DNA of 63,949 bases, the filler included, from Asterionella formosa (taxonomy: Eukaryota): the NCBI GenBank assembly GCA_002256025.1. It is 14 parts of 14 records of this genome, joined end to end, with 100 filler letters (N's around TTAATTAATTAA, not from the genome) between each part and the next. Parts side by side here need not be neighbours in the genome. Positions count along the whole stretch, not along the records: positions 46,051 to 47,452 come from NKIB01002608.1; positions 47,553 to 48,953 come from NKIB01002609.1; positions 49,054 to 50,455 come from NKIB01002610.1; positions 50,556 to 51,960 come from NKIB01002611.1; positions 52,061 to 53,461 come from NKIB01002612.1; positions 53,562 to 54,962 come from NKIB01002613.1; positions 55,063 to 56,463 come from NKIB01002615.1; positions 56,564 to 57,963 come from NKIB01002616.1; 6 more parts are not named here. One strand, 5' to 3'. The translations under genes and the position numbers were made by a program. This document shows positions 46,051-58,063 of this stretch, piece by piece. Numbering within the stretch: the first letter of the stretch is position 1; each line of letters opens with the position of its first letter. A model generated the notes under the pieces. The model worked only from the letters and a program-made list of their open reading frames with translations, did no database searches and was not told where the DNA came from.

Positions 46051-47237
46051 ATCCCCTGAACTATAATGTCTTGCTTCACCCTGAAATTCAACTAACCCAA
46101 CCACAACAGAACATCAATGCGCCCACAGAGACTGCCACTCTCCCTCCTGATGAGTTAAACCTCCAAACTGGCTTTGCTGGAACAATTGTTGGAAGAATTA
46201 ACGATTTTTGCAAACGCGAGGATGTGCGAAATGGAATCGACCGGGAGGCCCAAGCTAGAAAGAGAAAGGAGACAGCGGATTCACACATTGAGGGACACAA
46301 GAAGAGGATAACAGCAGGACTACTGGCCTAAGCACAAACCTTTGCTCTTGGGCCAAATATTCTTGCTGCTACACTGGAACGGAAGCGAATTTCAGACATT
46401 GTCATTAGTACAAATGAAACAAAAAGGCAACAAGAATTCAATACACTTCGCGGAAAAACACTTACATTGAAGGAATAGAACAGAACAGAACAGAACAAAA
46501 CAAAACAAAAGAACAGATGTCTGTGCCAGAATTGAAATTAATGGTGCGTTGGTACAAACGATCAGGTGATTTGCCGGTTCCACAAACAAGGCAAGCTCTG
46601 ATTACAAGATTCGACGACACCAATCACCGTGGTGACCAGCAGCCGCCATTCCCTCTACATGCGCCTCCTATTGCTGTGGTTGTTGTTACTGCACCTCCTC
46701 CTGTTGCTATTCCCTCTCCTTCTACAACTGCTACTGCCGAGGATCCACCATTCCGTGATGAAGTTTGAGACTCCGCCAGCAAGTAATTGGATGCAAAGAA
46801 GCTCGAGATTTATATAATGCATCAGAAGAATTCTCCGACGATGATGCTGCCCTGCAAAAGTGTAAAACGTAAAGTAATAAGAAAATAATTTTTGTAGTAT
46901 TAACGGAATAAAAATAAACTCGGTGTGGGGGGAAAATATATGCATGTACAGATAGAAAAATATGCACTGTAAGCCACCGCTATGCAATAATCTTAGTGAC
47001 TTTGGAAAAATTATTTCTTCATGGCTAGATACACTGAATCAAAACTGATTCCTTAATAGTATAGCAGAGAGCATTGTCTAACATAAGCTTTGTACTAGCG
47101 TCAAGTTTTGATCGTTGAATTACATAAATATTTTTAGTCGAAAGATAGAGTGGCTTACAGTTTTTAAGTGGTACCACTTAAAAACTGTAAGCCACCGCTA
47201 CGGCCACTTTTGAACTGTAAGCCACCGCTAAACGGAG
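46051..47237 (+). mobile_element. 3' part and terminus of a decayed Tc1/pogo-like DNA transposon
   Basis: Stop-broken ORF (NLQTGFAGTIV...RKRKETA...KKRITAGLLA*). The subterminal motif CTGTAAGCCACCGCTA occurs three times. The end reads TA|CTCCGTTTAGCGGTGGC on the minus strand, with TA at 47238-47239. The superfamily is inferred from the terminus. Confidence 0.6.
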
Positions 47238-47559
47238 TAAACGCACGGTTTGAACTTAGTTTACAAGATACGCTATTTATTGTCACGAACGAGTTGTTCA
47301 GATTTATATACCGAGTAAATACTTTCGTACTTGTATTGTTGCATTGTGTACATTGTTAATTAGGTATTATCGCCCAAAGGTTGCTGTCGACGTGAAATTG
47401 CGAAAATTGGATATTTTCACGTTTACTCGATTGAGCAAGCATCACCTTTTATNNNNNNNNNNNNNNNNNNNNNNNNNNNNNNNNNNNNNNNNNNNNTTAA
47501 TTAATTAANNNNNNNNNNNNNNNNNNNNNNNNNNNNNNNNNNNNNNNNNNNNGCATTTG

Positions 47560-48800
47560 GTAGTACTCTCGTAAGGGCCGCTGTTCCTCATCCCGAGGAC
47601 TCTCCCGCTGCAGACAAACATCTAAGCCGCGAAATATGCCACTTTTCGAAATTTGTTCTACGTAGGAGTGTTAATTATGTGGTACTTCACATGAATTAAT
47701 GCCACTCTTCCTGGAGAAAAGGTTACTTTTAACGGTTTCATGTGAAGATTTCACAAAAATCTTTGTAAGTCTATCACATGCTCTACTGTGTCCCTTCTCT
47801 TGTCTCTTCCAATTAAAAAAGAATATTGAGTCATAAATTTGATTTGTTGAAAATAACTAGCTCCAAGAGGTCATCAGATCTGCTCCAAATGATCCAGTAT
47901 CAATGATGAATGGTGGGAAGAAGTTGTGAAGAAAGAAGACTAGCTGTGACTGCCAGTGTGACTCCCTTTTTGTCTTTTTCAACTGAAACCAAGGACCTTT
48001 TTGTAAAAGCATCTTGTCTTTACCAGGGTAGACAAGAATGAAAGTCTCATCCATGTTGAAAATATTATCCACTTGGAGCTCAATGGTAATAAGAGTAAAA
48101 CAATTACTGGCTACTTCAAATGAAGCAGCATCACTGACAAGAATCTGCTGGACAAGATAGTTGATTGGAGGTCCAAGGCTGGACCCTGGAGCAGGTCTCT
48201 TTGTAGCATGTGGAATGCATCAATTAGCGGATCCAATGTTTTTTCTTGTGATGCTGCCAATTGTGGAGAAAATTATTTGTATTTTGGAAAACAAGTTGCT
48301 TCTGGCTTCCACTTCTTTCCAGTTGTTGCACTATTAACAAATACTTTTTCAAATGTTTTGATTTGATCAAATCTTGTCTCCTTGTTTTACTAGTATGCAT
48401 GACAAACAAATATTGCTTCCTCAAAGGAACAATTTTCATTATACCTTCTGGAGTTGTGGACTTGGCAAGAATTGAAATCCATTTGTAAATGTTCTCCTTT
48501 CATAACCAGCTCCTCAGAGTTTCTGTTCTTACCATGAACCCAAAAACTGCATCAAACAATCTTGATAGACGAGAGGTTCCCTAAATCTTGATATAGACTG
48601 GTAGATGCTCCTATGTTGTATTATGTATACCATTATGTACCACATGTATGTACCCAATGTAACAACAATACACCCGTACCAAGTAGCTGTGGACTGTGTT
48701 TACAATGTATTTGTACCGGCTATTTATACTGGCATAGACCGCCCAGACTGCGCTGTACCTGAACGTACCAGGTTCGGGGGTAAAGTAGTAGAAACAACCG
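47560..48800 (-). pseudogene. pogo/DDE_1-like transposase remnant (5' part)
   Basis: DNIFNMDETF (first catalytic Asp motif), then PPFIIDTG, with multiple stops and frameshifts. A possible TA|CGGTTG terminus lies at 48800. Confidence 0.65.
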
Positions 48801-49053
48801 TATTCCAACTATCGGGTATGAAAACAACACAGATGCATGCATGCATGATAGCGGGTTGATCGTGAGACAGAAACATGGTACCGACCAGTAAGCAAGGTTA
48901 CTTTCTCACTTTCCACTTTGTCTGGGAGGCTTTTGTATCAACATTTTTTCAGTNNNNNNNNNNNNNNNNNNNNNNNNNNNNNNNNNNNNNNNNNNNNTTA
49001 ATTAATTAANNNNNNNNNNNNNNNNNNNNNNNNNNNNNNNNNNNNNNNNNNNN

Positions 49054-49128
49054 GTCACAAAAGAAGATGCCATCAAGTGGTTCCAAGACAAGTTTGAAGG
49101 TGTGGTCTTGGCCAAGGAAGCCAAGTAA
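49054..49128 (+). CDS. RPL11: 60S ribosomal protein L11 (uL5), last 24 codons (contig edge)
   Basis: VTKEDAIKWFQDKFEGVVLAKEAK* matches the conserved uL5 C-terminal pattern (I/V).KE(E/D)A..WFQ.K(Y/F)(D/E)G, with strongly biased codons. Confidence 0.85.
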   Translation, partial: VTKEDAIKWFQDKFEGVVLAKEAK

Positions 49129-50269
49129 ACTGTACTGTAGGAGACTATAGTTTAGTTTAATTTGATATTTCGCCAAGAAAGATATAACAAACCAAAAGTA
49201 ACCATGACACCAATTGTCATTTCAGTGTATATATCTCAGTCATGTTAAGCCATTTGTAGTAATAAAGTTAGTCTCTTTAGTCGACAAGAACATTAAAGTG
49301 ATCGATGCGCCAATAGTTATAGGTAAGTAGTTTATTGCGTACAGCAGTCGACCTCTTGATATCTCATTGTTTCCGCTCGACATCAAGCTACAGTCGCCAA
49401 CTAGCTTATTAGCGCTTGAGCATGTCTACCATATTGGCATTGTCCTGGAAAGAGACGATGATATAAACGAATACCAACTTCCCATCATACCACATTCTTC
49501 TATGATTGTTGGAAACGGTAGAGCCATACTTGTAGTAGACTAGATCAAGTAATACTGATGCCTATTACTGTACTAGTAAGATATTTACTGTTTCACAACT
49601 AATATGTAAAGTTCATATAAACTAACTTAAAATTGCACTTCTGCCGGAGTACTAGTAAGATATTTAGGACCATACCGGTGGGGGAAGGGGTATTTGCAGT
49701 GTGATGTATCCTGTTGAACATAGACAATCAACTACCGGCACGGTATATTGACTATTCCCTAGTAATGGCAATATACACAAATGCATTGAAAAGTAGGACA
49801 AAGATGAGGAAACCAAAACCAGTGTTCAAAAGTGGAGTTTTACTAGATGCGGCTTATGTGAACTATCCTGTACTTTGACCACAGTGAAAAAATCAGAAGT
49901 GTTGGGAAGAGAAATGTTACTGTTATTAATACATTGCAGCATCAACAACGATATTATGTAATCAAGTGAAACAAAGTTTATTCGATGGGGTCGATGGAAT
50001 ATTCTATCTATTCATAGCGATCGAGCAACTTCGAGAATAGCGCAATCACCTGCGGCATTCCTCAAAAGATACTCACGCAAAACTAGTATTGTCCTCAATT
50101 TGTGAAATTGATAGTATAGTCAAAAGTGAACTGAATGGAATGAGATGATAAATTGCGCTATTCATATTACATTTCGTTGAGGTTTTCATATAAATGTCAC
50201 AATGCAGTTCTGATTGTTCTGATGATGTCTATATAATTAACATCGTACAAAGCTCCAAAAAATAAAAAT

Positions 50270-50455
50270 TTATGAACTGGGTTCGGAAACTTTTTTCGAC
50301 TTTTTCGTTTTTTTCTTTTCCTTTTTTTCATCCAACGTGGCAGCATTTGCACAGTCTTCTAACAGAGCAATAGAATCTCGGTCTCTTGGCTCACGAAGAG
50401 ATGAAAGTGCCTTCTTCTTACGTCGACGTTCCTTTTCTTCCTTTTGTGCTGGAGT
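50270..50455 (-). CDS. 3' end of an unidentified Lys-rich protein (contig edge)
   Basis: Open from the contig edge: TPAQKEEKERRRKKKALSSLREPRDRD...EKKEKKKRKKSKKVSEPSS*. Confidence 0.55.
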   Translation of the reverse strand, partial: TPAQKEEKERRRKKKALSSLREPRDRDSIALLEDCANAATLDEKKEKKKTKKSKKVSEPSS

Positions 50456-51058
50456 NNNNNNNNNNNNNNNNNNNNNNNNNNNNNNNNNNNNNNNNNNNNT
50501 TAATTAATTAANNNNNNNNNNNNNNNNNNNNNNNNNNNNNNNNNNNNNNNNNNNNAACCTGCTTGGCGTGTGCGTACACACAGCCACTGTCGACTTGTTT
50601 TCATTGGTATGTTGTTCTTGTATTCACTGTTGAACTTGTCCGCATCTTTGTTAACATCAATAGAGCGACAAGTGGGTTTCTTCATTGTTATTTGCTCCTG
50701 GAAAAGTCGGTGTCCGTGTCATCCTCATCAATAGAGAGACAAGTTCTTTCGCTGGAAAAATTGGTACTCGTGGTATCATTATTCGCTCGTTGGAACCACT
50801 GTCCGTTTCCTCAAACCTGATGCATAATACAGTTGCTTCCCAATCATCTCATCATGATTGACAAGATGATAATGTGATATCATGATAGGGTTACATCGAT
50901 GCATACATCACCAAAGTATGATACGTAATAATAAATAAAGTACATCACAAAACTATGATACTTTAATCATAAAACTATGATAATTTTATAAAATGTTTAT
51001 GATATAATTTTGATCAAAATATGATTATGTTAAAATAAGACAATGACGATAAAATAAG

Positions 51059-51315
51059 TACGCTAGTGGGCGCTCTGATAATATACAGAAATTCGAAACG
51101 TGATCATATACCATCAAGAATTCTAGTTTATAGTGCTTGAAATGCCGACACAGGACAATGCTCTTATTTGTTCAAAGTAATATGTGTCGGATAATGGGCG
51201 CGCTCTGATAATGGGCGCGCTCTGATAATAAAAAATTATTATATCATGTGTGTATTATAACACAAATTATTTTGGCGATTTGATACATAATAACGTCGTC
51301 ACGCTCTGATAATCA
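51059..51315. repeat. Clustered CGCTCTGATAAT motifs (probable transposon subterminal repeats)
   Basis: Motif at 51071, 51201, 51218 and 51302, including a tandem pair of GGGCGCGCTCTGATAAT. Confidence 0.65.
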
Positions 51316-51710
51316 AGATATTTTAGATTAGTCATCTGACATTTTATAGAAATTTCACTTTAATTTATAACAGTTATATTTTCATAGCGATGCATCCTCT
51401 TGCGTGTTATGCGGCCTCTTGTTCATTATCCACATGAGTTCCTTAATTTCACCAGTATCAGTCACTGACCAGCATGTCGGCTTACCTCTCCTCATCTCCT
51501 GATGACAAGGATGATGCCATGAGTGAACTTAAAAAAAGAGACAGAGACATAGAAATTTCAGCTTTTCTCAAGAAGCAAGCCTTTGTTCGTCGAATCAGGC
51601 CAACAGAACTTTCACAACAAGGTATTGCTCTCCAAGAACGACTTTTCACTCCTAAACAAAGACAGTCAGAGGAACATGCATCGTTTGTTTGCCCATGCTA
51701 TGAACTGAGC

Positions 51711-51960
51711 CCAACCCATTCCCGCTTTTCAACGACAAGTTCATATCAATCCCCAAAGCGATGGAGGTGAAATCAATCAAGTTTTCGATGAAATTAAAAA
51801 TCAATTTCATCAAAGGCAAGAGCGATTGACAGCACGCCCAACTTATTCCCGACTTTCAACGACAAGATTTTTTGTATCAATTCTTCCCATGGGGACGGAG
51901 ATGAATTCAATCCAGTCTTGATGACATTGAAAATCAATTTCAACAGCTGCGAGAGAAATT
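51711..51960. repeat. Diverged tandem duplication of about 127 bp
   Basis: CCAAC..ATTCCC...TTTCAACGACAAG...AAAATCAATTTCA occurs from 51711 and again from about 51838. Confidence 0.8.
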
Positions 51961-52060
51961 NNNNNNNNNNNNNNNNNNNNNNNNNNNNNNNNNNNNNNNN
52001 NNNNTTAATTAATTAANNNNNNNNNNNNNNNNNNNNNNNNNNNNNNNNNNNNNNNNNNNN

Positions 52061-53461
52061 TGCTTAGGCGCAAGTTGGCAAGACTTGGGACATTTCTCGC
52101 AAGAGGACATGTCGTAAACGTCCAAACAACTATGCAGAATGTCATGGTGACACTAAGCATGCCCATGGCCGCTACGGCACAAGCAGTGTTACCAGCAGTA
52201 CCAGCCGTGCCTGTAGACCCTACGCGTGGGGCCCCGAAAATATATGTTGATGCACTCAAGGATTTTTCCGGGGATCCAATTGACTGGGAGGAATGGTACA
52301 TTGGTACAGGTGCAACACTTGGGCAGACGGCATATGCAACACTTTTGACAGATACAGGCAAGCCAGTACCAGCTGATACAGTAGGTATGGCACGCGACCG
52401 TGAATTATACAACATGCTGAAGAAAGAATTGTATAAGGGGACTGCACATCATATAATTGATGCAAATGGGCTCCAGAGTGGTCATGATGCCTGGACTGGA
52501 TTAAAGATGTGGTATGGAAAAGCAGAAGTATCAAGGACCCTTATTGATCACTACAGGAATCAACTCAATGAGTTACGACTGTCCAATAAGGTGAAAGCTA
52601 ACAAGTACATAAACACGTTCATTCTCTGCAGTCGAAAGTTGGAAGATAAACATGAAGGCTACACTGAAGCAACAAAACGGACTAAATTCCTTGATCAAAT
52701 TGAGGATGAAGACTATGATGTTTGCGTTCAGAACCTTCGTGGTGACACCAACAAGACTTTTGATGAGTGTGTTCAACGTATTCGGAGCAGAGAACAGGAA
52801 TTGGAAAGATTCTCACGAGAGAGTTCCACCAAGGCAAGGCGTGCAACAACATTTACAAGTAAAGGTGGAGCCACACCTAAATCATCTAAAGACAACCAAA
52901 TTCCTTTCCTCCCCACACACCTACTCAATACAACTAAATCCAATTCTATCAAGAAAGATCTATTTAAGTGGAGAAGTGTCTGGAATAATGAAGAAAGGGC
53001 AATTCGTGTCGACAAGTTGACTGGCGCCAATGGAGATGCCAAGGAAGACGACAACTCAGTCGAATCTGACGAGGGATGCCACTCCAAGAACAAGCCAAAG
53101 ACAAGAAAGCGCAAGAAGAAGGCTAGAAGGACAAAGACTTCAGCTTCTGGATTATGCGATACGGCTACACCTCATGTAAAAATCAAGGACTCTGATGACA
53201 AAGACAGTGAGGATGATGGAGATGATATTGACCAGGAAAGAAATCCTACAACAAGTACCCAAAGGAAGAAATCTAAGAAGGAGACTCCCAGGAAAAAGAA
53301 AAAGGGACGTCGCAACCCAGTACTCCGACGTGGCCGCATTCCGGGGGAAGCAGCAAGGGTTGTGCTTGATGGAGGAACTGAATTTGAGGTCATTGGCGGA
53401 GTCGGATGGAGAGTTCTGGAAAAAGTGAGCAAGAGCGCAAAACTGCATGGTTGGGGGGCCA
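52061..53461 (+). mobile_element. Copia (CoDi-like) gag and start of protease, partial, copy 1
   Basis: Frame open across the whole contig: LKDFSGDPIDWEEW, GTAHHII...SGHDAW..LKMWY, FLDQIEDEDY, a basic/acidic linker and the aspartic-protease-like VVLDGGTE. Confidence 0.78.
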
Positions 53462-53561
53462 NNNNNNNNNNNNNNNNNNNNNNNNNNNNNNNNNNNNNNN
53501 NNNNNTTAATTAATTAANNNNNNNNNNNNNNNNNNNNNNNNNNNNNNNNNNNNNNNNNNNN

Positions 53562-54962
53562 TGCTTAGGCGCAAGTTGGCAAGACTTGGGACATTTCTCG
53601 CAAGAGGACATGTCGTAAACGTCCAAACAACTATGCAGAATGTCATGGTGACACTAAGCATGCCCATGGCCACTACGGCACAAGCAGTGGTACCAGCAGT
53701 ACCAGCCGTGCCTGTAGACCCTACGCGTGGGGCCCCGAAAATATATGTTGATGCACTCAAGGATTTTTCCGGGGATCCAATTGACTGGGAGGAATGGTAC
53801 ATTGGTACAGGTGCAACACTTGGGCAGACGGCATATGCAACACTTTTGACAGATACAGGAAAGCCAGTACCAGCTGATACAGTAGGTATGGCACGCGACC
53901 GTGAATTATACAACATGCTGAAGAAAGCATTGTATAAGGGGACTGCACATCATATAATTGATGCAAATGGGCTCCAGAGTGGTCATGATGCCTGGACTGG
54001 ATTAAAGATGTGGTATGGAAAAGCAGAAGTATCAAGGACCCTTATTGATCACTACAGGAATCAACTCAATGAGTTACGACTGTCCAATAAGGTGAAAGCT
54101 AACGAGTACATAAACACGTTCATTCTCTGCAGTCGAAAGTTGGAAGATAAACATGAAGGCTACACTGAAGCAACAAAACGGACTAAATTCCTTGATCAAA
54201 TTGAGGATGAAGACTATGATGTTTGCGTTCAGAACCTTCGTGGTGACACCAACAAGACTTTTGATGAGTGTGTTCAACGTATTCGGAGCAGAGAACAGGA
54301 ATTGGAAAGATTCTCACGAGAGAGTTCCACCAAGGCAAGGCGTGCAACAACTTTTACAAGTAAAGGTGGAGCCACACCTAAATCATCTAAAGACAACCAA
54401 ATTCCTTTCCTCCCCACACACCTACTCAATACAATTAAATCCAATTCTATCAAGAAAGATCTATTTAAGTGGAGAAGTGTCTGGAACAATGAAGGAAGGG
54501 CAATTCGTGTCGACGAGTTGACTGGCGCCAATGGAGATGCCAAGAAAGACGACAACTCAGTCGAATCTGACGAGGGATGCCACTCCAAGAACAAGCCAAA
54601 GACAAGAAAGCGCAAGAAGAAGGCTAGAAGGACAAAGACCTCAGCTTCTGGATTATGCGATACGGCTACACCTCATGTAAAAATCAAGGACTCTGATGAC
54701 AAAGACAGTGAGGATGATGGAGATGATAGTGACCAGGAAAGAAATCCTACAACAAGTACCCAAAGGAAGAAATCTAAGAAGGAGACTCCCAGGAAAAAGA
54801 AAAAGGGACGTCGCAACCCAGTACTCCGACGTGGACGCATTCCGGGGGAAGCAGCAAGGGTTGTGCTTGATGGAGGAACTGAATTTGAGGTCATTGGCGG
54901 AGTCGGATGGAGAGTTCTGGAAAAAGTGAGCAAGAGCGCAAAACTGCATGGTTGGGGGGCCA
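53562..54962 (+). mobile_element. Copia (CoDi-like) gag and start of protease, partial, copy 2
   Basis: Same endpoints and length (1401 nt) as 52061-53461, with about 14 substitutions by my count. Confidence 0.78.
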
Positions 54963-55062
54963 NNNNNNNNNNNNNNNNNNNNNNNNNNNNNNNNNNNNNN
55001 NNNNNNTTAATTAATTAANNNNNNNNNNNNNNNNNNNNNNNNNNNNNNNNNNNNNNNNNNNN

Positions 55063-56268
55063 GTAATGCTTGTTGCTTGTTTGGTAATGGCTACAGACGC
55101 CGGAATCAAGCTTTGCAAGGATAAGGTTGGAATGTCAATGCAGGAAATAAAAGACATCCAAATAATTTTCGAGGGCATGGTTTGTTATAATTCCTGGTTC
55201 AGCCAAGAAAGTTATGACGTACATCGATTGATGGAAATTGATTGTCGATCCATTGTCAAGTACTACACAAAATTAGTCAAGATTTTCCCAAGAGGAACGA
55301 CAGAGCAAGGCTGGAAAATGACAAAGTTTCATCAGCAGATGCATACTGTCCGAAATATCGAACGGTTTGGCAGTCCGCAAGTTTTCAATGGTGGACCAAT
55401 GGAAAAAAATTTAAAATTCCTTTGCAAGTTACCAGCTAAAACATCTCAAAAACGACATCACCTAATGGACCTTCAATCTGGACAACGAATTATCGAAAAC
55501 ATTGCCATAGGTGTTGCATGTCGGGAATTTTTGGGAAAAGATCCTTTTGAACATGACGATACAGATTCGCTCGCCGATGATGGTTCTACTAATGAAACAC
55601 CAAGCACTGGGACTGACAGTATAAGCACATCTACAGGTGGTGCACGCTTTATCTTAAAGTTACAGGAAAATAATGGTGGATTCGCTATTGCATCTGTTAC
55701 TTCCAATTCGGCGACTATAAAGACATCAGGAGTTGACATTGTTGATTTAATTCGATTTCTAGGAAAGGAAGTGCTTCCCTTCATAACCAAAAAGTCAATT
55801 GAGGTCCTGTGTGAACACAAACGAGATGGAAATACTTTCCATGCCCATCCCAATTATTTGGGACAGGGGTCTTGGTATGATTGGGCCGACTTCAAATGGA
55901 TAGACGAGGAAAGTGGTATACCTTACATAGTGTTGGGGAAAATCTTTGGTTTTGTATTGCTTGGGCCTGAATTTGATTTTACTGATCCACGATTGTGTGC
56001 ATCACTCCGCAACGAAACAACTGGAATCTTTGCAATTGTGAACTCATGTAAGGATCCAAGTGAGAGTTTATTTAATAGCCGTCGTTCTAAAATGTTTGAG
56101 ATAGCTCACCTGATGGGTTATGAATCAGGAAAGAGAAAACAGCTCATGTTTGTTACAGTCGATTGTATTTCTGCTCCTGCTGTTGTTGTCCCTAATATTG
56201 GAGGAATACCTGGGTCGGTATTACAAGTTAAACCTCAGCATACTTGGCAATCTTTTTTCTCATTTTGA
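55063..56268 (+). mobile_element. Plavaka/CMC-like transposase, C-terminal part (uninterrupted ORF)
   Basis: WKMTKFHQQMH...IERFGSPQVFNGGPMEKNLKFLCKLPAKTSQKR and FHAHPNYLGQGSWYDWA match the Plavaka-type C-terminal motifs (KxH..H..I..FG...E...K and HP.Y...WYDW). Confidence 0.78.
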
Positions 56269-56563
56269 GATTCTAGATATGCATGCACACAACACAGCAG
56301 TACTAGTTATTTCTATTAATATATATATTAGCTACCGGTAGCTATATGTATGAACGTTGTATGCTACACGAAGGCCAAAGCGAGCGCTGGTCAATGTGTA
56401 CGACAGGGTCTCCAATAAATCAGTTCTCGACCATGCCCGGAAGCCTTCCGAAATCAAGAAAATNNNNNNNNNNNNNNNNNNNNNNNNNNNNNNNNNNNNN
56501 NNNNNNNTTAATTAATTAANNNNNNNNNNNNNNNNNNNNNNNNNNNNNNNNNNNNNNNNNNNN

Positions 56564-56895
56564 GTATGATCGTAAAATTATGATCCAAAAGAACACCATA
56601 TGTTCATGACTGTTGCAATTACAGTGGGACAGTAAATCATCATAGTTTTAGGATCGTATGATCATAAAACTAAAAACAAATAGAACACCATATGTTCATG
56701 ACTGTTGCAATTACAGTGGGACAGTAAATCATCATAGTTTTAGGATTGTATGATCGTGAAACTGAAAAGCGGTACCGGTAGTCGGAGTAATAAGCAAGCA
56801 ATAGAACACCATAGTAAATCATCATAGTTTTAGGATTGTATAAATAGAACACCATATGTCTTTGACTGCTGCTACTACAGCGGGACAGTACCGGT
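56564..56895. repeat. About 92-bp tandem repeat with truncated copies
   Basis: GAACACCATA restarts at 56591, 56683, 56804 and 56847. AGTAAATCATCATAGTTTTAGGAT occurs three times. Confidence 0.9.
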
Positions 56896-57249
56896 AAATG
56901 AATTTAAGATCATCGAACTTTAAGGAAGATAACGACAACAGCTGGTCCTGTTGCTGGTCCACTTTTAATGGCCGAAGAAGGAAGTGACAAAAAGATCGCC
57001 ATTACGAGCGGAACGAGAGAAATCGCTGACGACGCCAAGTCTGGACGATTCTTTGAGACTAACTTGCAGGAAGAAGTATGAATTCCTGACGAGGAATACT
57101 GTGTCGTCGATCCGGAAAGTGGGGAACTCAATTTCAACGAGAACAAGTACCGGTAGAATGTGTTTGTTTACGGGTTGATTGCCGAGATTGTCATGCTGAA
57201 GTGGACGAAACGGATATACTTTGTGCGCAAAATCGGAAGTTGGTAGGGT

Positions 57250-57615
57250 TTATAATGTCGTTTTTTCTCCGTTCTGAATGATTGGACCATTAATAGCAGC
57301 AGCATCATGATCTACTAAACTATCAAGGAATAAACCATTATCATAGTCATCGGCATCAAAACAAACTGTTTGAACGAAATCAAAGGCTGCTGGCGATTGT
57401 TTCAGGAATTTTGCAAGGGGGTCTTGAGAGTGGTGTCATCCATCTCTTCGAGAAGTCGCTACCATTGATGATGTCTGCAATGCTTGAATCTGAGATTGAA
57501 TCATATCTTGTTGCCCACACGAGGGGCTGTGTCTGTGATGACCACGAATTGATTTAAATGGACCTTTACCACAGAATTTACATTTGTCCTCGTCGTTATT
57601 TTCACACAGATCCAT
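57250..57615 (-). pseudogene. Zinc-finger N-terminal remnant, possibly from a Plavaka-like transposase
   Basis: MDLCENNDEDKCKFCGKGPFKSIRGHHRHSPSC (CxxC...H....C), followed by an in-frame stop and an acidic stretch. Confidence 0.4.
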
Positions 57616-58063
57616 GATATTTACTGTCGTTGTAGTGCTGTGTTGGCGAGAGAAAAATAAGAATAACCGGTAGCTAAAATAATGGACCTTGTTCAGCACA
57701 TATTTGGCAAACAATACTACCTGGTACCATCCTCATCAGTAGACATAATTCCACCAGTGTTGATTTTGAGTAATAATAATCACGTAAAAAAATTGGGTTG
57801 CCTACCACTGGCTAGTAGTACATTTACCTAGTACCGGTAATAACCTACATAACATGAAAACTGGGAAGAGGGAGCTTTTTTACCGGTAAGTGTGAGTTCT
57901 TCATGTGATGTGTACAACCGTAAAACTTTGATCTCAGATGGATGACATTAGACACCACAAATANNNNNNNNNNNNNNNNNNNNNNNNNNNNNNNNNNNNN
58001 NNNNNNNTTAATTAATTAANNNNNNNNNNNNNNNNNNNNNNNNNNNNNNNNNNNNNNNNNNNN

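Noticed and set aside
52061..54962. Apparent tandem duplication of a 480-aa gene
   Set aside because: The copies are separate contigs joined by a linker, so tandem arrangement is unsupported.
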